Below are positions 18,332 through 28,877 of a DNA stretch of 64,000 nt, one piece after another. Numbering within the stretch: position 1 is the first letter of the stretch; every line of letters starts with the position of its first letter. The DNA is from a phage. A program made the translations under genes and the position numbers. The stretch lies in NCBI GenBank assembly GCA_019385495.1, contig GCA_019385495.1_4102.1; one strand, written 5' to 3'. Under the pieces are notes generated by a model that was not told the DNA's origin, made no database searches, and saw only the letters and a program-made list of their open reading frames with translations.

Positions 18332-21028
18332 ATGTCAAAGAAAATATATGGTGGCTTAGATGTCACACATAATGTGACAGTTAATGGTAAAAGAACAATT
18401 CAAGGAATAAATGAACAAGTTTTTGATTCCAACGGTAACTTGGAATTAGATACTTATTCCAGAGATGAAGTACTAGATATAGTAAGTATGATACCAATCT
18501 CCCATTATGGTTCACAAAACTATCTACCTGCGGGTGTTTCTGGGGATTTCAATGGTGCATCAGAAAACCAGTCACAACGTAGAAATAAAATTTTATTAGA
18601 AAACGATGGTACACTAGTGCTTTTACGTAGTGGGACAAACGGTAGTGTTGAGGGATTATTTTATTCATATTTGGCTAACGCATTATCAGTTGATGACATG
18701 AGCCGTACAATTAACACCAGTCGTCAATACAAGCCTGGGTTTTTTGGTTCAAATAGAGTTGCGATTGGTTTATACAATACTGATCCAAATATTTTACTCG
18801 GTAGATATATTGATACTTCTAACAGTACTAATGGTTTGTTCATATCAATTACCAATGGTACATTAGATGATAAATTGCATACTGGTTTTTTCGTTAACCA
18901 AGCAGATATATCACCGGAAGGTGGTATTGAATATGCTATGATGGCAGAAGATGGTTCTATATATGTTTTTAGCGTACTTAATGAAAATAACCAACTACAA
19001 TTAGTTGTTGTTAAAGTTGTTTATAATATAAGCAATGGTACTTATACTGCAACTCGAATTACTGGATGGACTACTAAAACATTTTATAACACGACATATT
19101 CTGCACAAAATAATATGGTTATTACTAATCAGGTAAGATCAACAAATATTGCTGATAAACCTTATGCTTATGTCCCACAAAATCTACGCGGTATTGGGAT
19201 TTACATGACATCAATTGATTTATATGTTGCACAGCAGCCAGGAACGCAGAATTTCCGCTTTAGAATGAACGGGGACGCTTGGTTTACAATGGCAACATAT
19301 AATACACGTCCACAGCATAGTTACAGTTTTGTGTTCAATATGAGTACTAAACAATGTACATTAGATGCGGGTAACGATATTGGTTCATATCAAGCACCAT
19401 TAGTTATAACTAATACTGGTTCGGCATTAGTTCCTACTGGTAACGTTTTAAATAACGATCCATTGTATAACCATGCAAATGCAAGAAACATTTATAGTTC
19501 ATATTTTTATTTAAATTCAGGTGAAGCATTTTGTACTGCATGTCCAAACTTAGCAGAACCATTACTTATGCAAAAAGCTAAGTTTCCTATTCAAATAGTT
19601 TATAGTATGCTGAATGTCCGTGCTGTACTTTCTACTGACTTCAAAGGTGGTATAGTTCGCCCGTCTTTTGGTTCAGCGGTTGGTTCATTTATTAATGGTG
19701 TAGAATTACTACCAGATAACAGTACTAAACAATATTCACGTGCATCAGGTAGTGGTGGATTTAGACCATCATATGCAGTTCATAAAAGTACTCCTAATTT
19801 TACATTTAAATCATTATCTTTAGGAACAATACAAGGTTATGAACCTACAGTTGAACGTGCTAATGTTGATGATAATGCAAATAATAGAATTTTTATTAGT
19901 AGTATTTCTGGGTCAACTGTCACAACCAATGGTGGTATTTTTATGGTTGGGCAACGTTATTCACAATCATTATCCTATGATAAAAACTTAAATGGCACAG
20001 GAATTATAAGCGTTACACAATCAGTACTGGACAATTTTAGAAATACTGAATATGCCAAAGTTCTAAGTGATTGGAATTTATCAGCACAAGCATACCGTGA
20101 TATGACACTATTTGTTCCACAACAAACAGACATTCCAGCTTTTGTTATGTTGAGTACAATTACTAATGATTATAGAAACTATATTAGAATTGCTGAAGTT
20201 AATGTCAATACTAGAGTTGGTAATATTACATCTATTACATTTAAGCGTTTAGTACTTGAGAATACGTATGGTGATAACTTTACACCAACTGGGAATGGTT
20301 CGATTGCATCTTCTTCTGTTGGTTTGACAATATATGATGGTGGTTCATTCTACTTCATTGGTGGTTCTGATCCATTATCACATCCAACAATAGGTAATAC
20401 TGCAACTCATCAATTTAGAGCATATGTAACTAAATCAACTGCACAATTTACAAGTTTTATAATTACTGGATCTCATGCCAGTTATGAACAAGGAAGTCAA
20501 CCAGCAGCATTACCTGGTATTGGTTTTGGAATTTTTGAACCAATGGATTACTCAAATAAAATGACATTCAAAAAATATGGAACAACGATTGCAGACTATA
20601 ATAACTGGACTGCACAAGGTAGCCCAATTAACGTAGTATCCCAGGACGTTGCTCAAGGGTTTATTGTATATTTTACAGAGGAAACACCAGTTATTCTTTC
20701 AGGTAAGTCATTTTCACTACCAGTTTCAAATATTGATTTGAGAACTATTAAGTCTAATCCAGCAAATACAACATTTTATGTATATGTTAAATTGGAACAA
20801 GGATTGGCAAACTATTACATAACTACTGATGTTATTTCTGAAACAGGAACAACTGCATATAATATTTTTTGGATAGGTACAATTCAAACTAATGCAATTC
20901 AAATCGAAACAATTAATATACAAAAACGTTCCCGTTTAGATATATTTGGTGCTTCACTTGAATCAGCAGGTTCATCGTTCCCAGTTAGCTACGGTCTACC
21001 ATCACAAACAGGAACCATAAACTGGTAA
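18332..21028 (+). CDS. tail fibre protein, paralogue 1 (898 aa)
   Basis: G/S/T/N-rich; N- and C-terminal modules shared with ORF 21644..24373; C-terminal tail ...SSFPVSYGLPSQTGTINW. Confidence 0.6.
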   Translation: MSKKIYGGLDVTHNVTVNGKRTIQGINEQVFDSNGNLELDTYSRDEVLDIVSMIPISHYGSQNYLPAGVSGDFNGASENQSQRRNKILLENDGTLVLLRSGTNGSVEGLFYSYLANALSVDDMSRTINTSRQYKPGFFGSNRVAIGLYNTDPNILLGRYIDTSNSTNGLFISITNGTLDDKLHTGFFVNQADISPEGGIEYAMMAEDGSIYVFSVLNENNQLQLVVVKVVYNISNGTYTATRITGWTTKTFYNTTYSAQNNMVITNQVRSTNIADKPYAYVPQNLRGIGIYMTSIDLYVAQQPGTQNFRFRMNGDAWFTMATYNTRPQHSYSFVFNMSTKQCTLDAGNDIGSYQAPLVITNTGSALVPTGNVLNNDPLYNHANARNIYSSYFYLNSGEAFCTACPNLAEPLLMQKAKFPIQIVYSMLNVRAVLSTDFKGGIVRPSFGSAVGSFINGVELLPDNSTKQYSRASGSGGFRPSYAVHKSTPNFTFKSLSLGTIQGYEPTVERANVDDNANNRIFISSISGSTVTTNGGIFMVGQRYSQSLSYDKNLNGTGIISVTQSVLDNFRNTEYAKVLSDWNLSAQAYRDMTLFVPQQTDIPAFVMLSTITNDYRNYIRIAEVNVNTRVGNITSITFKRLVLENTYGDNFTPTGNGSIASSSVGLTIYDGGSFYFIGGSDPLSHPTIGNTATHQFRAYVTKSTAQFTSFIITGSHASYEQGSQPAALPGIGFGIFEPMDYSNKMTFKKYGTTIADYNNWTAQGSPINVVSQDVAQGFIVYFTEETPVILSGKSFSLPVSNIDLRTIKSNPANTTFYVYVKLEQGLANYYITTDVISETGTTAYNIFWIGTIQTNAIQIETINIQKRSRLDIFGASLESAGSSFPVSYGLPSQTGTINW

Positions 21029-21039
21029 AGGATTACATA

Positions 21040-21627
21040 ATGGCATATAAAATAAGAGCAGACCTTAAGGCAATGCAACAAGTAACAGTTCAGGGTAAAA
21101 GTACTGGTCTTGGTGTATTAGGTAATAATATGACTTATTACCCAACAAATTCAAATGGGGAATGTACATTCCCCTCTATTACCAAAGATGAAGTTAACTT
21201 TATTGTCAATGGATTACCACTTACACAATACGGAGAATTGTATGATGACGCTAGTCTAAATATTACTTCATCAGGCTATAGTCTTACATTTAACAGACAG
21301 ATACCATCATTTATTGGTGGTTATCTTTATAAATTTCCAGCAGTTTCTATTTTTGCTTCAACTGTTTCATCTGGAACACAAACACAATACGTATATGCAA
21401 CGTTAGTTCTCGGTGAACCAATTTATAAAATATCACCAACACAAATACAAGAATCTGAAATTATAATGTTTATTGGAACACTGACCGTTGGTACAAGTGG
21501 TATTACAAATATAAACATTAATAAAGTATCCAGATTTAGTACATATAGACCTAGTGTTACACAAAAAGGTTCTTCATTCCCAGTCAGTACTGGAAAACCA
21601 TCAGAAACTGGTACAATTGGTTGGTAA
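21040..21627 (+). CDS. short tail-fibre-like protein (195 aa)
   Basis: Carries the same C-terminal motif RFSTYRPS...SSFPVSTGKPSETGTIGW. Confidence 0.5.
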   Translation: MAYKIRADLKAMQQVTVQGKSTGLGVLGNNMTYYPTNSNGECTFPSITKDEVNFIVNGLPLTQYGELYDDASLNITSSGYSLTFNRQIPSFIGGYLYKFPAVSIFASTVSSGTQTQYVYATLVLGEPIYKISPTQIQESEIIMFIGTLTVGTSGITNININKVSRFSTYRPSVTQKGSSFPVSTGKPSETGTIGW

Positions 21628-21643
21628 ATTAAGGAAAAGAAAG

Positions 21644-24373
21644 ATGTCATCAAAACGAATTATAGGAAGTGCCGAGATCCTTGGGAACTTGGCAATTGGA
21701 CAAAGGTACGCTATGCGTACTTTTAATGGAACCTCACCGAATGCCAATACTGGAATTGTTCAATATCCAATATATAAGCGTTCAGAAGTTCAAAGTATTT
21801 TAGATATGTTGCCTATATCACGTGTAGGAGAAATGGATTACTTACCATTAAACGTAAGTGGGTCGTATGAAGGTGCTACACCTATGTCAAGTGACCAAGT
21901 AGTTCAGCCAACAATTATTGAAGATGATGGAACCGCCGTTGTTCTGCGTAGCGGAACCAATGGTAGTACTAAAGGTTTTTATTATTCATTTATACGAGAA
22001 CTCCGAAATATAACTATGATTTCACAAGAAAGTGTTATTTCAACCAATTCAATGTATAAACCTTCAATTATGAGTAGTACTGAAAATATTAAGTATTTTA
22101 TTGGCTCTAATGGTTATGAGATGCTTGGATGTTTAAGTACTGAAGATAATTATATTTTTACTATAACCAATGGCACATTTAACGAAATATCACATATTCA
22201 TGCTAAAGTGCCAAGTACTTCTTTTGGTAATGATATGCCAATATATACACATATTGTTGGGACAAAGGTTTATATTTGGTGTAAAGATAAAAGTGTTTCT
22301 AATTTAGGATTAGCACTTTCAATTTATACAGTAGAGCTAAGTGATGTGAAAGCAAGCTCAATGGCATCATTAACAAAAGTTACTGGGTTATCAGGTCAAA
22401 CTGTTCGAAACACAAGTTATTCTGCATCTAATAACATAAGAGTGTTCGATAAATTATATAGTGTTGGTACTAGCTCGGATTCATTATTCGAAGTTACATC
22501 ACCAGTATCACGTGTAGAATTTTCAGACTATACAGACTTTAACATTCAAGCCAACGTTAGTCCTGATTTATCAAAAATACGTGTAACTTTATATCCAACA
22601 CATCGAATGGTTACACCTTTGTATATTTCAACAGTTTATGGTACTGGAATAAGTTTTGTTTATAATATAAACTCAAAATCTATGTCACTAGATGGTAGTG
22701 CTCGTGCACCTGCAACTGTTTCATATAATAATGGATTTCAAGTTTCTAACCCATTTGAAATTAATATGGTCAACTTCACAGGGACAACTGCTGCTGGTGT
22801 ATTAGGAAACGCAGGTGGTTTATGTCAAACTAAAGATGGTTTGGTATTTGCATCTAAATTTAGATGGAGTTCAACTGAATTTTATGGTCTACAACGATAT
22901 AAGGTTAGTGGTACACCGTTTGATTCATGGGTTGCCAGTACTAGAACCGCAAGTAACGTTATAAATGCAAACGTTTTACCAGTTTTTGGTAGTGCTGTTG
23001 GTGCAAACCTTTTAGGTGTACGTTTCATCGATAATAGAAAAATATTATTAGCATGTTCTGGTACGTATGATGATGTAACATATAATTATAATAATACTGT
23101 TTTTTCTGAAATAGGTTCACAACCAACATATCAATATAACTCAGTTCAAAATAATACTACATTAAATGGTTTTGCTCCACAATCTAATCGTAAACAAATA
23201 GGCGATGATTTTACATACACTGCTATGATTTCTCTTGTTGATACCGATGGTAGTGTTAGATGCTATGGAACATCATTCATTGAAGGTGTATATAAAACAA
23301 GTGGTGGATTATTAAATCCAGATACTTTAGAATTTGATGAAACATATACAATAGAACCAACGGTATTAGAATCATTAAAACAAGATATTTTTGCTAATAT
23401 AGGAAACTCTGGCATTGTTGGTACACTATCTGGACAAATTGTATTATATTATGTACCTGATAATACTTTTTCTAAATCCATCGCAGTAGTTTCAGCATAT
23501 AATCTTAACAATAACCAAGGTTATGCAATCTATGCCGAAGTTGATGTTGTATTATCTGGAACTAACATAACTTCAGCTACATTGGTAAGTACTAGATATG
23601 AGACACTTAGTTCTGTTACAGGAATTATTACTGAAGCATATATGAAACGTTGTACTGGTCTAACAGTTGCTAAATATTCAGGATTTGGTTACATTGGTGT
23701 TGATGCCGTTCATCAATTTTCACAACCAGGTAATGCACAATTTAAGATGATGATAGCTAAAACAGTAGATGGTGTCATAACATCAAATCGTTTTTTATCA
23801 TCTAGTTACATCCAACTCGGTGCAGCATATCAACATGGTGTTATTCCTGGTGTTGGTTTTGGATATTACAATTTTCAAGATTCTGACTATCAAACCAAAT
23901 CTGTATTCAGCGTTTTTGGTACAACATCTGCTGAAATGGATGGTTTAATTAGCGGAAATGGTAGCGTTAAAGAAAAGATTGTGGTAGTATCACAAGACGT
24001 TGCACAAGGATTCTCAGTGTACTTTACACGTGAAGTTCCGGTGTTTTTAGGTGGAATTTTCGACAGACTACCTATACAAAGTGTAGATTTAAGTACTGTA
24101 AAAAGTAATCCAGCTAATACTACGTTCTATTTGTATATACAAATGAACAGGAATACTAAGAAAGCTTCATATGTTATTAGTACTGAAACTATTGATGAAT
24201 CTTTAACTAGCACTTACATTGGTAAGATAGTTACTGGAACTTCAGGAATAACTTCAATTGATACAGAAAAAGTAACTCGTTTTTTGACATATCGTCCAAG
24301 TACAACGAAACGTGGTTCAGCGATACCTGCCAGTACTGGTGTACCATCAGGTCCAGGTACACGTTGGAAATAA
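21644..24373 (+). CDS. tail fibre protein, paralogue 2 (909 aa)
   Basis: Start at M31 of ORF 21554 after AAGGAAAAG; shared blocks LRSGTNGS and VVSQDVAQGF...KSNPANTTFY. Confidence 0.6.
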   Translation: MSSKRIIGSAEILGNLAIGQRYAMRTFNGTSPNANTGIVQYPIYKRSEVQSILDMLPISRVGEMDYLPLNVSGSYEGATPMSSDQVVQPTIIEDDGTAVVLRSGTNGSTKGFYYSFIRELRNITMISQESVISTNSMYKPSIMSSTENIKYFIGSNGYEMLGCLSTEDNYIFTITNGTFNEISHIHAKVPSTSFGNDMPIYTHIVGTKVYIWCKDKSVSNLGLALSIYTVELSDVKASSMASLTKVTGLSGQTVRNTSYSASNNIRVFDKLYSVGTSSDSLFEVTSPVSRVEFSDYTDFNIQANVSPDLSKIRVTLYPTHRMVTPLYISTVYGTGISFVYNINSKSMSLDGSARAPATVSYNNGFQVSNPFEINMVNFTGTTAAGVLGNAGGLCQTKDGLVFASKFRWSSTEFYGLQRYKVSGTPFDSWVASTRTASNVINANVLPVFGSAVGANLLGVRFIDNRKILLACSGTYDDVTYNYNNTVFSEIGSQPTYQYNSVQNNTTLNGFAPQSNRKQIGDDFTYTAMISLVDTDGSVRCYGTSFIEGVYKTSGGLLNPDTLEFDETYTIEPTVLESLKQDIFANIGNSGIVGTLSGQIVLYYVPDNTFSKSIAVVSAYNLNNNQGYAIYAEVDVVLSGTNITSATLVSTRYETLSSVTGIITEAYMKRCTGLTVAKYSGFGYIGVDAVHQFSQPGNAQFKMMIAKTVDGVITSNRFLSSSYIQLGAAYQHGVIPGVGFGYYNFQDSDYQTKSVFSVFGTTSAEMDGLISGNGSVKEKIVVVSQDVAQGFSVYFTREVPVFLGGIFDRLPIQSVDLSTVKSNPANTTFYLYIQMNRNTKKASYVISTETIDESLTSTYIGKIVTGTSGITSIDTEKVTRFLTYRPSTTKRGSAIPASTGVPSGPGTRWK

Positions 24374-24440
24374 ATTTAAAGCTCGTCTATTGACGGGCTT
24401 TTCTTTTATGTGTATAATTGAATAAAAATAGGAGGAAATT

Positions 24441-25007
24441 ATGGTCAAATCTTTATTACCGCCACCAAAACGTCACAAAATCAAAGAAATGAAAGAACAA
24501 CGTACATTAAAGATGTACATCAATTTAGTTAAGTTACTGTGTAAAAGTCCATCGCTCAAAGCAGAGTTTAAAACTGATGATGACCGCAAAGCACTAATTG
24601 AGATGAAGTATATGCTCAGTAAAATGTCCTTTTACAAATTTGTAAAAGAATACGCATCTGACCCATTTAGTCCTCGTTGGAGAGCCAAACCAAGAGAGTA
24701 TTTTTACGGTGGTTCATATACGGATCTCATTCAAGACACAGTGATGGGAGTTGAATTTGAAATCGATTATGAGCCGAATGGTGTGGAAAGCTGGCCGATT
24801 GAGAAACGTTTACCAAGTGAAGAAGAAATTTATGTTTATGCAAGAAAACTTTCAAATTTCAGTTCAAGAATTACTCTAGGCAATTTAGATTCATTTATTA
24901 TTTTCTATACACGTGTTGGTGTAGATAAAATGGTAACTAAACTCAATGAACTTTCATTACAACAAAAACAGATTAATGCATACAAAGACATTACTGATTT
25001 ATACTAA
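24441..25007 (+). CDS. paralogue-family protein A (candidate fibre chaperone)
   Basis: One of three tandem paralogues; AGGAGG RBS. Confidence 0.5.
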   Translation: MVKSLLPPPKRHKIKEMKEQRTLKMYINLVKLLCKSPSLKAEFKTDDDRKALIEMKYMLSKMSFYKFVKEYASDPFSPRWRAKPREYFYGGSYTDLIQDTVMGVEFEIDYEPNGVESWPIEKRLPSEEEIYVYARKLSNFSSRITLGNLDSFIIFYTRVGVDKMVTKLNELSLQQKQINAYKDITDLY

Positions 25008-25013
25008 TGAGGA

Positions 25014-25532
25014 ATGGATATGTTTTTTGGATCAGTTGGAAAACAAAACAGTACTTTAATTTGGCATGAAATTATCTTTAAAATTATATCTAAAAGCTAC
25101 TCACTAAAGGATATTATCACCACAGATAATGATAGACGTATCCTGTTAGATGCAAAATATAAATTGAGCAAACACCCTTTACTTTCTTTAATCATTGATT
25201 ACGTTAATGATTATGAATCTAGTCGTTGGAAGTGGGAAGACGGCGGTTTATTTCGTGGAAAAACATTCTACGGTGCGGAACGATATGTTTTCAGTGATAC
25301 ATCAAATGGCGTTAAGTTTGTTATTAGAAACTTTAACTCCAAAGAAAATGATTATCTTGAAAGTGGAGTGAAAGTATATATCGATAATAGCAATGTACTA
25401 ACATATGACGAATCACTAATTATGTTACAAATAATGCGTGGAGTTGAAGGTGTAAGAAACAACCTTACTAAATTGAAAATCCAGCAAAATGATATACATA
25501 ATAGACAGAAAATTAAGGGTTTATATAAATGA
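25014..25532 (+). CDS. paralogue-family protein B
   Basis: Paralogue of 24441 and 25529 (shared K-Y-x-LSK N-terminal block). Confidence 0.5.
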   Translation: MDMFFGSVGKQNSTLIWHEIIFKIISKSYSLKDIITTDNDRRILLDAKYKLSKHPLLSLIIDYVNDYESSRWKWEDGGLFRGKTFYGAERYVFSDTSNGVKFVIRNFNSKENDYLESGVKVYIDNSNVLTYDESLIMLQIMRGVEGVRNNLTKLKIQQNDIHNRQKIKGLYK

Positions 25533-26038
25533 TTTCATTTTTCAAAAAGAAACAAAAAGTTGATGAAACCGGATTAGAATCGTTTCTATGGACTCTTATC
25601 ATCAAAAAAAGTCCATTGATAAAAGAATATGCTATCAATGATGCTAATAGAAAAACTATCATTGAATACAAATACGAATTATCAAAATGTGATCCAATCG
25701 TTTATCACTTTGCGAAGTACTGTTCAAAAAATTTATCGGATATCACAATCGACCACGAGTCAGTCCCGATGAGTTTTCCTTATGGTGATTGGGTAGATAC
25801 TTTTGATATTTTTGATGGGTCAAATGGTTTCAGTTTCTTTTACTCGTCAAATAAAGCAAATGTTCGTATTAAAACAGACATAGGTTGGACACAGCATAGC
25901 TCAAATAAAGAAGATTATAATTTATTAGCTGACGTATACCGAAGTGTGAAGAATTCAAAGGATATTGATGAAAGAATTAAAAAGCAAAATCGTATATCTT
26001 TATCACTTGAAACATACAAGTCAAAGTATGGTGGTTAA
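25529..26038 (+). CDS. paralogue-family protein C
   Basis: Paralogue; ATGA overlap. Confidence 0.5.
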   Translation: MISFFKKKQKVDETGLESFLWTLIIKKSPLIKEYAINDANRKTIIEYKYELSKCDPIVYHFAKYCSKNLSDITIDHESVPMSFPYGDWVDTFDIFDGSNGFSFFYSSNKANVRIKTDIGWTQHSSNKEDYNLLADVYRSVKNSKDIDERIKKQNRISLSLETYKSKYGG

Positions 26039-26040
26039 CT

Positions 26041-26442
26041 ATGACTACAGTTGATGATATCTATAGCACTATACGCAATATGAGTACAGATAGAAAAGTA
26101 TTTGGCGATAAAGAAAAATCTAAGTGTTATGGTATTGATTCTTTTGATATAATTTCTTATGAGTACAATACAAGTGGAAATAGTTCACTGAATATCGTCT
26201 GTCCTCGTGACCCAGAAAATAATTTTATGTATGTTGAAATTAATAATGATGGAATGTTTTTTACAAAAGTTTTCAAAGGTGGAATTAATTACGAACCTAT
26301 TGAATGTATGAATGAAGAAACTTTCTTTCAAGAAGATACAATTATCAATTTAGGTTTTAGTTTTGATGATTATAAAACATTAGAACATGACTTTAATCGT
26401 TATTATAATGGTTTCTTAAAGGAGTTAACAATTTATCTATGA
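26041..26442 (+). CDS. hypothetical protein
   Basis: 133 aa ORF. Confidence 0.5.
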   Translation: MTTVDDIYSTIRNMSTDRKVFGDKEKSKCYGIDSFDIISYEYNTSGNSSLNIVCPRDPENNFMYVEINNDGMFFTKVFKGGINYEPIECMNEETFFQEDTIINLGFSFDDYKTLEHDFNRYYNGFLKELTIYL

Positions 26443-28709
26443 ATAACCAATATATTGAACAAACAATAGTGAAACACTTGGCTGGGTCACAAGCCTACGG
26501 AACCAGTACACCTGAAAGTGATACTGATTATCGTGGTATTTTTCTTGCTAATAAAGAATTTATTCTTACACCCTTCTATAAGGTCAAAGAGGTAGCTGAT
26601 AAAAGCGAAGAAGATACTAAATTCTATGAGTTGAATCAGTATTTAAAATTATACACTGAAGCTAACCCTAATATTCTTGAATCACTTTGGGTTGAACCTG
26701 AACACATTGTTGAAAGTACTGAAATTTATGACTATCTTCGTTCATTTAACCAAAAACTTCTTAGTTCCAAGATTGCATTTTCATATACTGGTTATGCATA
26801 TAATCAGATTAAGCGTATGACAAATCATCACGGTTGGATGGATAAAGAGCGTATTGCTGAAAAACGATTAAATGAGATTTTAGAAGAACACCCTGTCGAT
26901 GAGGTTCTTGCGTGGATGTATGATTCATTCCCACAGTATCTTGTTGAACGTTTAGATACATCGAACTTACATCCATTTAATGCTAAAAAGATTGATTTTG
27001 AAAAATATATGCGTGATACATCATTGCAGTTAGTTTCGAAAAATCCATTAAAGCAATATCATTTCGTAAGATTAGTGCATAACTACACTACTGAAAAAAT
27101 TCTTGATCGTGATTTCAATTTATTGAATTTTAATAATGGTTATGAACTAATTCATTACGGAGAAAACATTTTTGCGATTGTTAAAAATCCGAATGAAAGT
27201 ACTATCAATGGTGATGGTTCATTGCGTTATTTTTCTAAAGAGCGTAGTACTGAAGAGTTGAAAACTAAACCAGAACTAATTGTCAAATTTAACGAAAAAG
27301 AATATCAGGAAAATAGTGAGAATAGGAAAAGTTATCATAAATGGAAAGAAAATCGTAATGCCAAACGTGCTATTTTAGAATCACAACACGGATACGACTG
27401 TTATAGTTTTGATACTGAATTCTTAACTAAAGATGGTTGGAAATTATTTGACGACATCACTGATAAAGATCTATTAGCGACTTTTGATAAAAATCACAAA
27501 ATAGAGTATCAAAAATACACAGAACGTTTTGATAATTTATACAATGGAAATCTTTACCATTTCACTGGTCATCACCAAGATACGTTAGTGACTGCAAATC
27601 ACAGAATGTATGTTAAGAATTATGCACGTAATCAGCAAAAAGATATGTCAGAATGGCAATTTGTTGAAGCAGCACAATTAAAAGAAACTTATAAAATTTT
27701 GAATACATTATCTCCAATAACAAAGGAATATAAAGATAAAAAAAGCCCAATTGACTATATGGATATCAAAGTTTATCTTCAACTGATGGGATGGTTTCTT
27801 TCAGATGGTAGTATAAGTTTTAGAGATGGAAAAGTAAAATCATTATACATTTCACAATCAAAAGCCAGTCCTGGTATGCGTTGTGCTTTATCAAAATACA
27901 AACAATCTGGACAAATGATATTTCAGGAATACATTAACGAAAGAAAAGATTACCAATCAAATGATGAATCAAGATTTGTATTTCCACGTGAAGTGGCTGA
28001 AGCATTATATAATGATTGTGGGCATGGATCATATAATAAAAGAATTCCAAATTGGGCATTTGATTTAACAAAACGAAAAATGGATTTTCTGCTAAAAGGT
28101 TTGTTGCAAGGTGATGGTACAAAACGTAATTTGGTCAATCATGATGACACATATGTATATTATACTGCTAATTCATTATTAGCTGATGATGTTCAAAAAC
28201 TAGCATTACTGTGCGGTTATGAAACATCGAAATGGGGACCATACACAAACGAAACTAATTTTGGTTATATTGAAATGTATCAAGTTCATATCAATATGAA
28301 ACCTAAATCAGAAAAAATAAACATGAAACAAAATCTTGAAAAAATTCCAGTAACTAACTACAGAACTGTTTGTTTTTCAGTTCCGAACGGTACACTGGTT
28401 ACTCGTAGAAATGGTAAAACTGCATTACATGGAAACTGTAAACATGCTATGCACACAATCCGACTTTTGAATAGTGCAGAAGAAGCATTACAAAGTGGAA
28501 TTATTCAAGTTAAACGACCAGATGCACAAATGTTGATGGATATTCGTAATGGTAAATGGAAGTATGAAGAAGTCTTAGAATATTTCGATGATAAAGTACA
28601 ATACATTCGTGATGTTCTATATAAGAAATCAGTACTTCCTAAAAAACCAAACATCAAGTTAGCATCAAAAATTATCATTGATATTAGAGAAATGCAATGG
28701 TATAAGTAA
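26439..28709 (+). CDS. Pol-beta-superfamily nucleotidyltransferase interrupted by an intein
   Basis: N-terminal GSQAYG-x8-SDTDYRG NTase motif; 346-residue insertion with intein and LAGLIDADG hallmarks. Confidence 0.7.
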   Translation: MNNQYIEQTIVKHLAGSQAYGTSTPESDTDYRGIFLANKEFILTPFYKVKEVADKSEEDTKFYELNQYLKLYTEANPNILESLWVEPEHIVESTEIYDYLRSFNQKLLSSKIAFSYTGYAYNQIKRMTNHHGWMDKERIAEKRLNEILEEHPVDEVLAWMYDSFPQYLVERLDTSNLHPFNAKKIDFEKYMRDTSLQLVSKNPLKQYHFVRLVHNYTTEKILDRDFNLLNFNNGYELIHYGENIFAIVKNPNESTINGDGSLRYFSKERSTEELKTKPELIVKFNEKEYQENSENRKSYHKWKENRNAKRAILESQHGYDCYSFDTEFLTKDGWKLFDDITDKDLLATFDKNHKIEYQKYTERFDNLYNGNLYHFTGHHQDTLVTANHRMYVKNYARNQQKDMSEWQFVEAAQLKETYKILNTLSPITKEYKDKKSPIDYMDIKVYLQLMGWFLSDGSISFRDGKVKSLYISQSKASPGMRCALSKYKQSGQMIFQEYINERKDYQSNDESRFVFPREVAEALYNDCGHGSYNKRIPNWAFDLTKRKMDFLLKGLLQGDGTKRNLVNHDDTYVYYTANSLLADDVQKLALLCGYETSKWGPYTNETNFGYIEMYQVHINMKPKSEKINMKQNLEKIPVTNYRTVCFSVPNGTLVTRRNGKTALHGNCKHAMHTIRLLNSAEEALQSGIIQVKRPDAQMLMDIRNGKWKYEEVLEYFDDKVQYIRDVLYKKSVLPKKPNIKLASKIIIDIREMQWYK
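27399..28436 (+). mobile_element. intein with LAGLIDADG homing endonuclease (residues 321-666)
   Basis: Starts CYSFDTEF (block A), TANH (block B), LMGWFLSDGSI and LLKGLLQGDGTK (LAGLIDADG), ends ...ALHGN followed by Cys. Confidence 0.7.
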
Positions 28710-28877
28710 CATATACAAGTGTAATGGTACTAAAAATGCCATTACACTCAATAAATACTCAATATAAATTAACACAAGGATTAAGTATGGCACAACAAAT
28801 TTTCACAGATATCCACACTACCGGAGTTATTAAATTTCAAAATAATTTTTCAGGTGCAACTGGTGTAGACATTAAAA

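Noticed and set aside
21554-21643. N-terminal extension of the second tail-fibre ORF
   Set aside because: The extension overlaps the end of gene 21040..21627 and lacks an RBS; the ATG at 21644 has a good AAGGAAAAG RBS and begins the region homologous to fibre paralogue 1.
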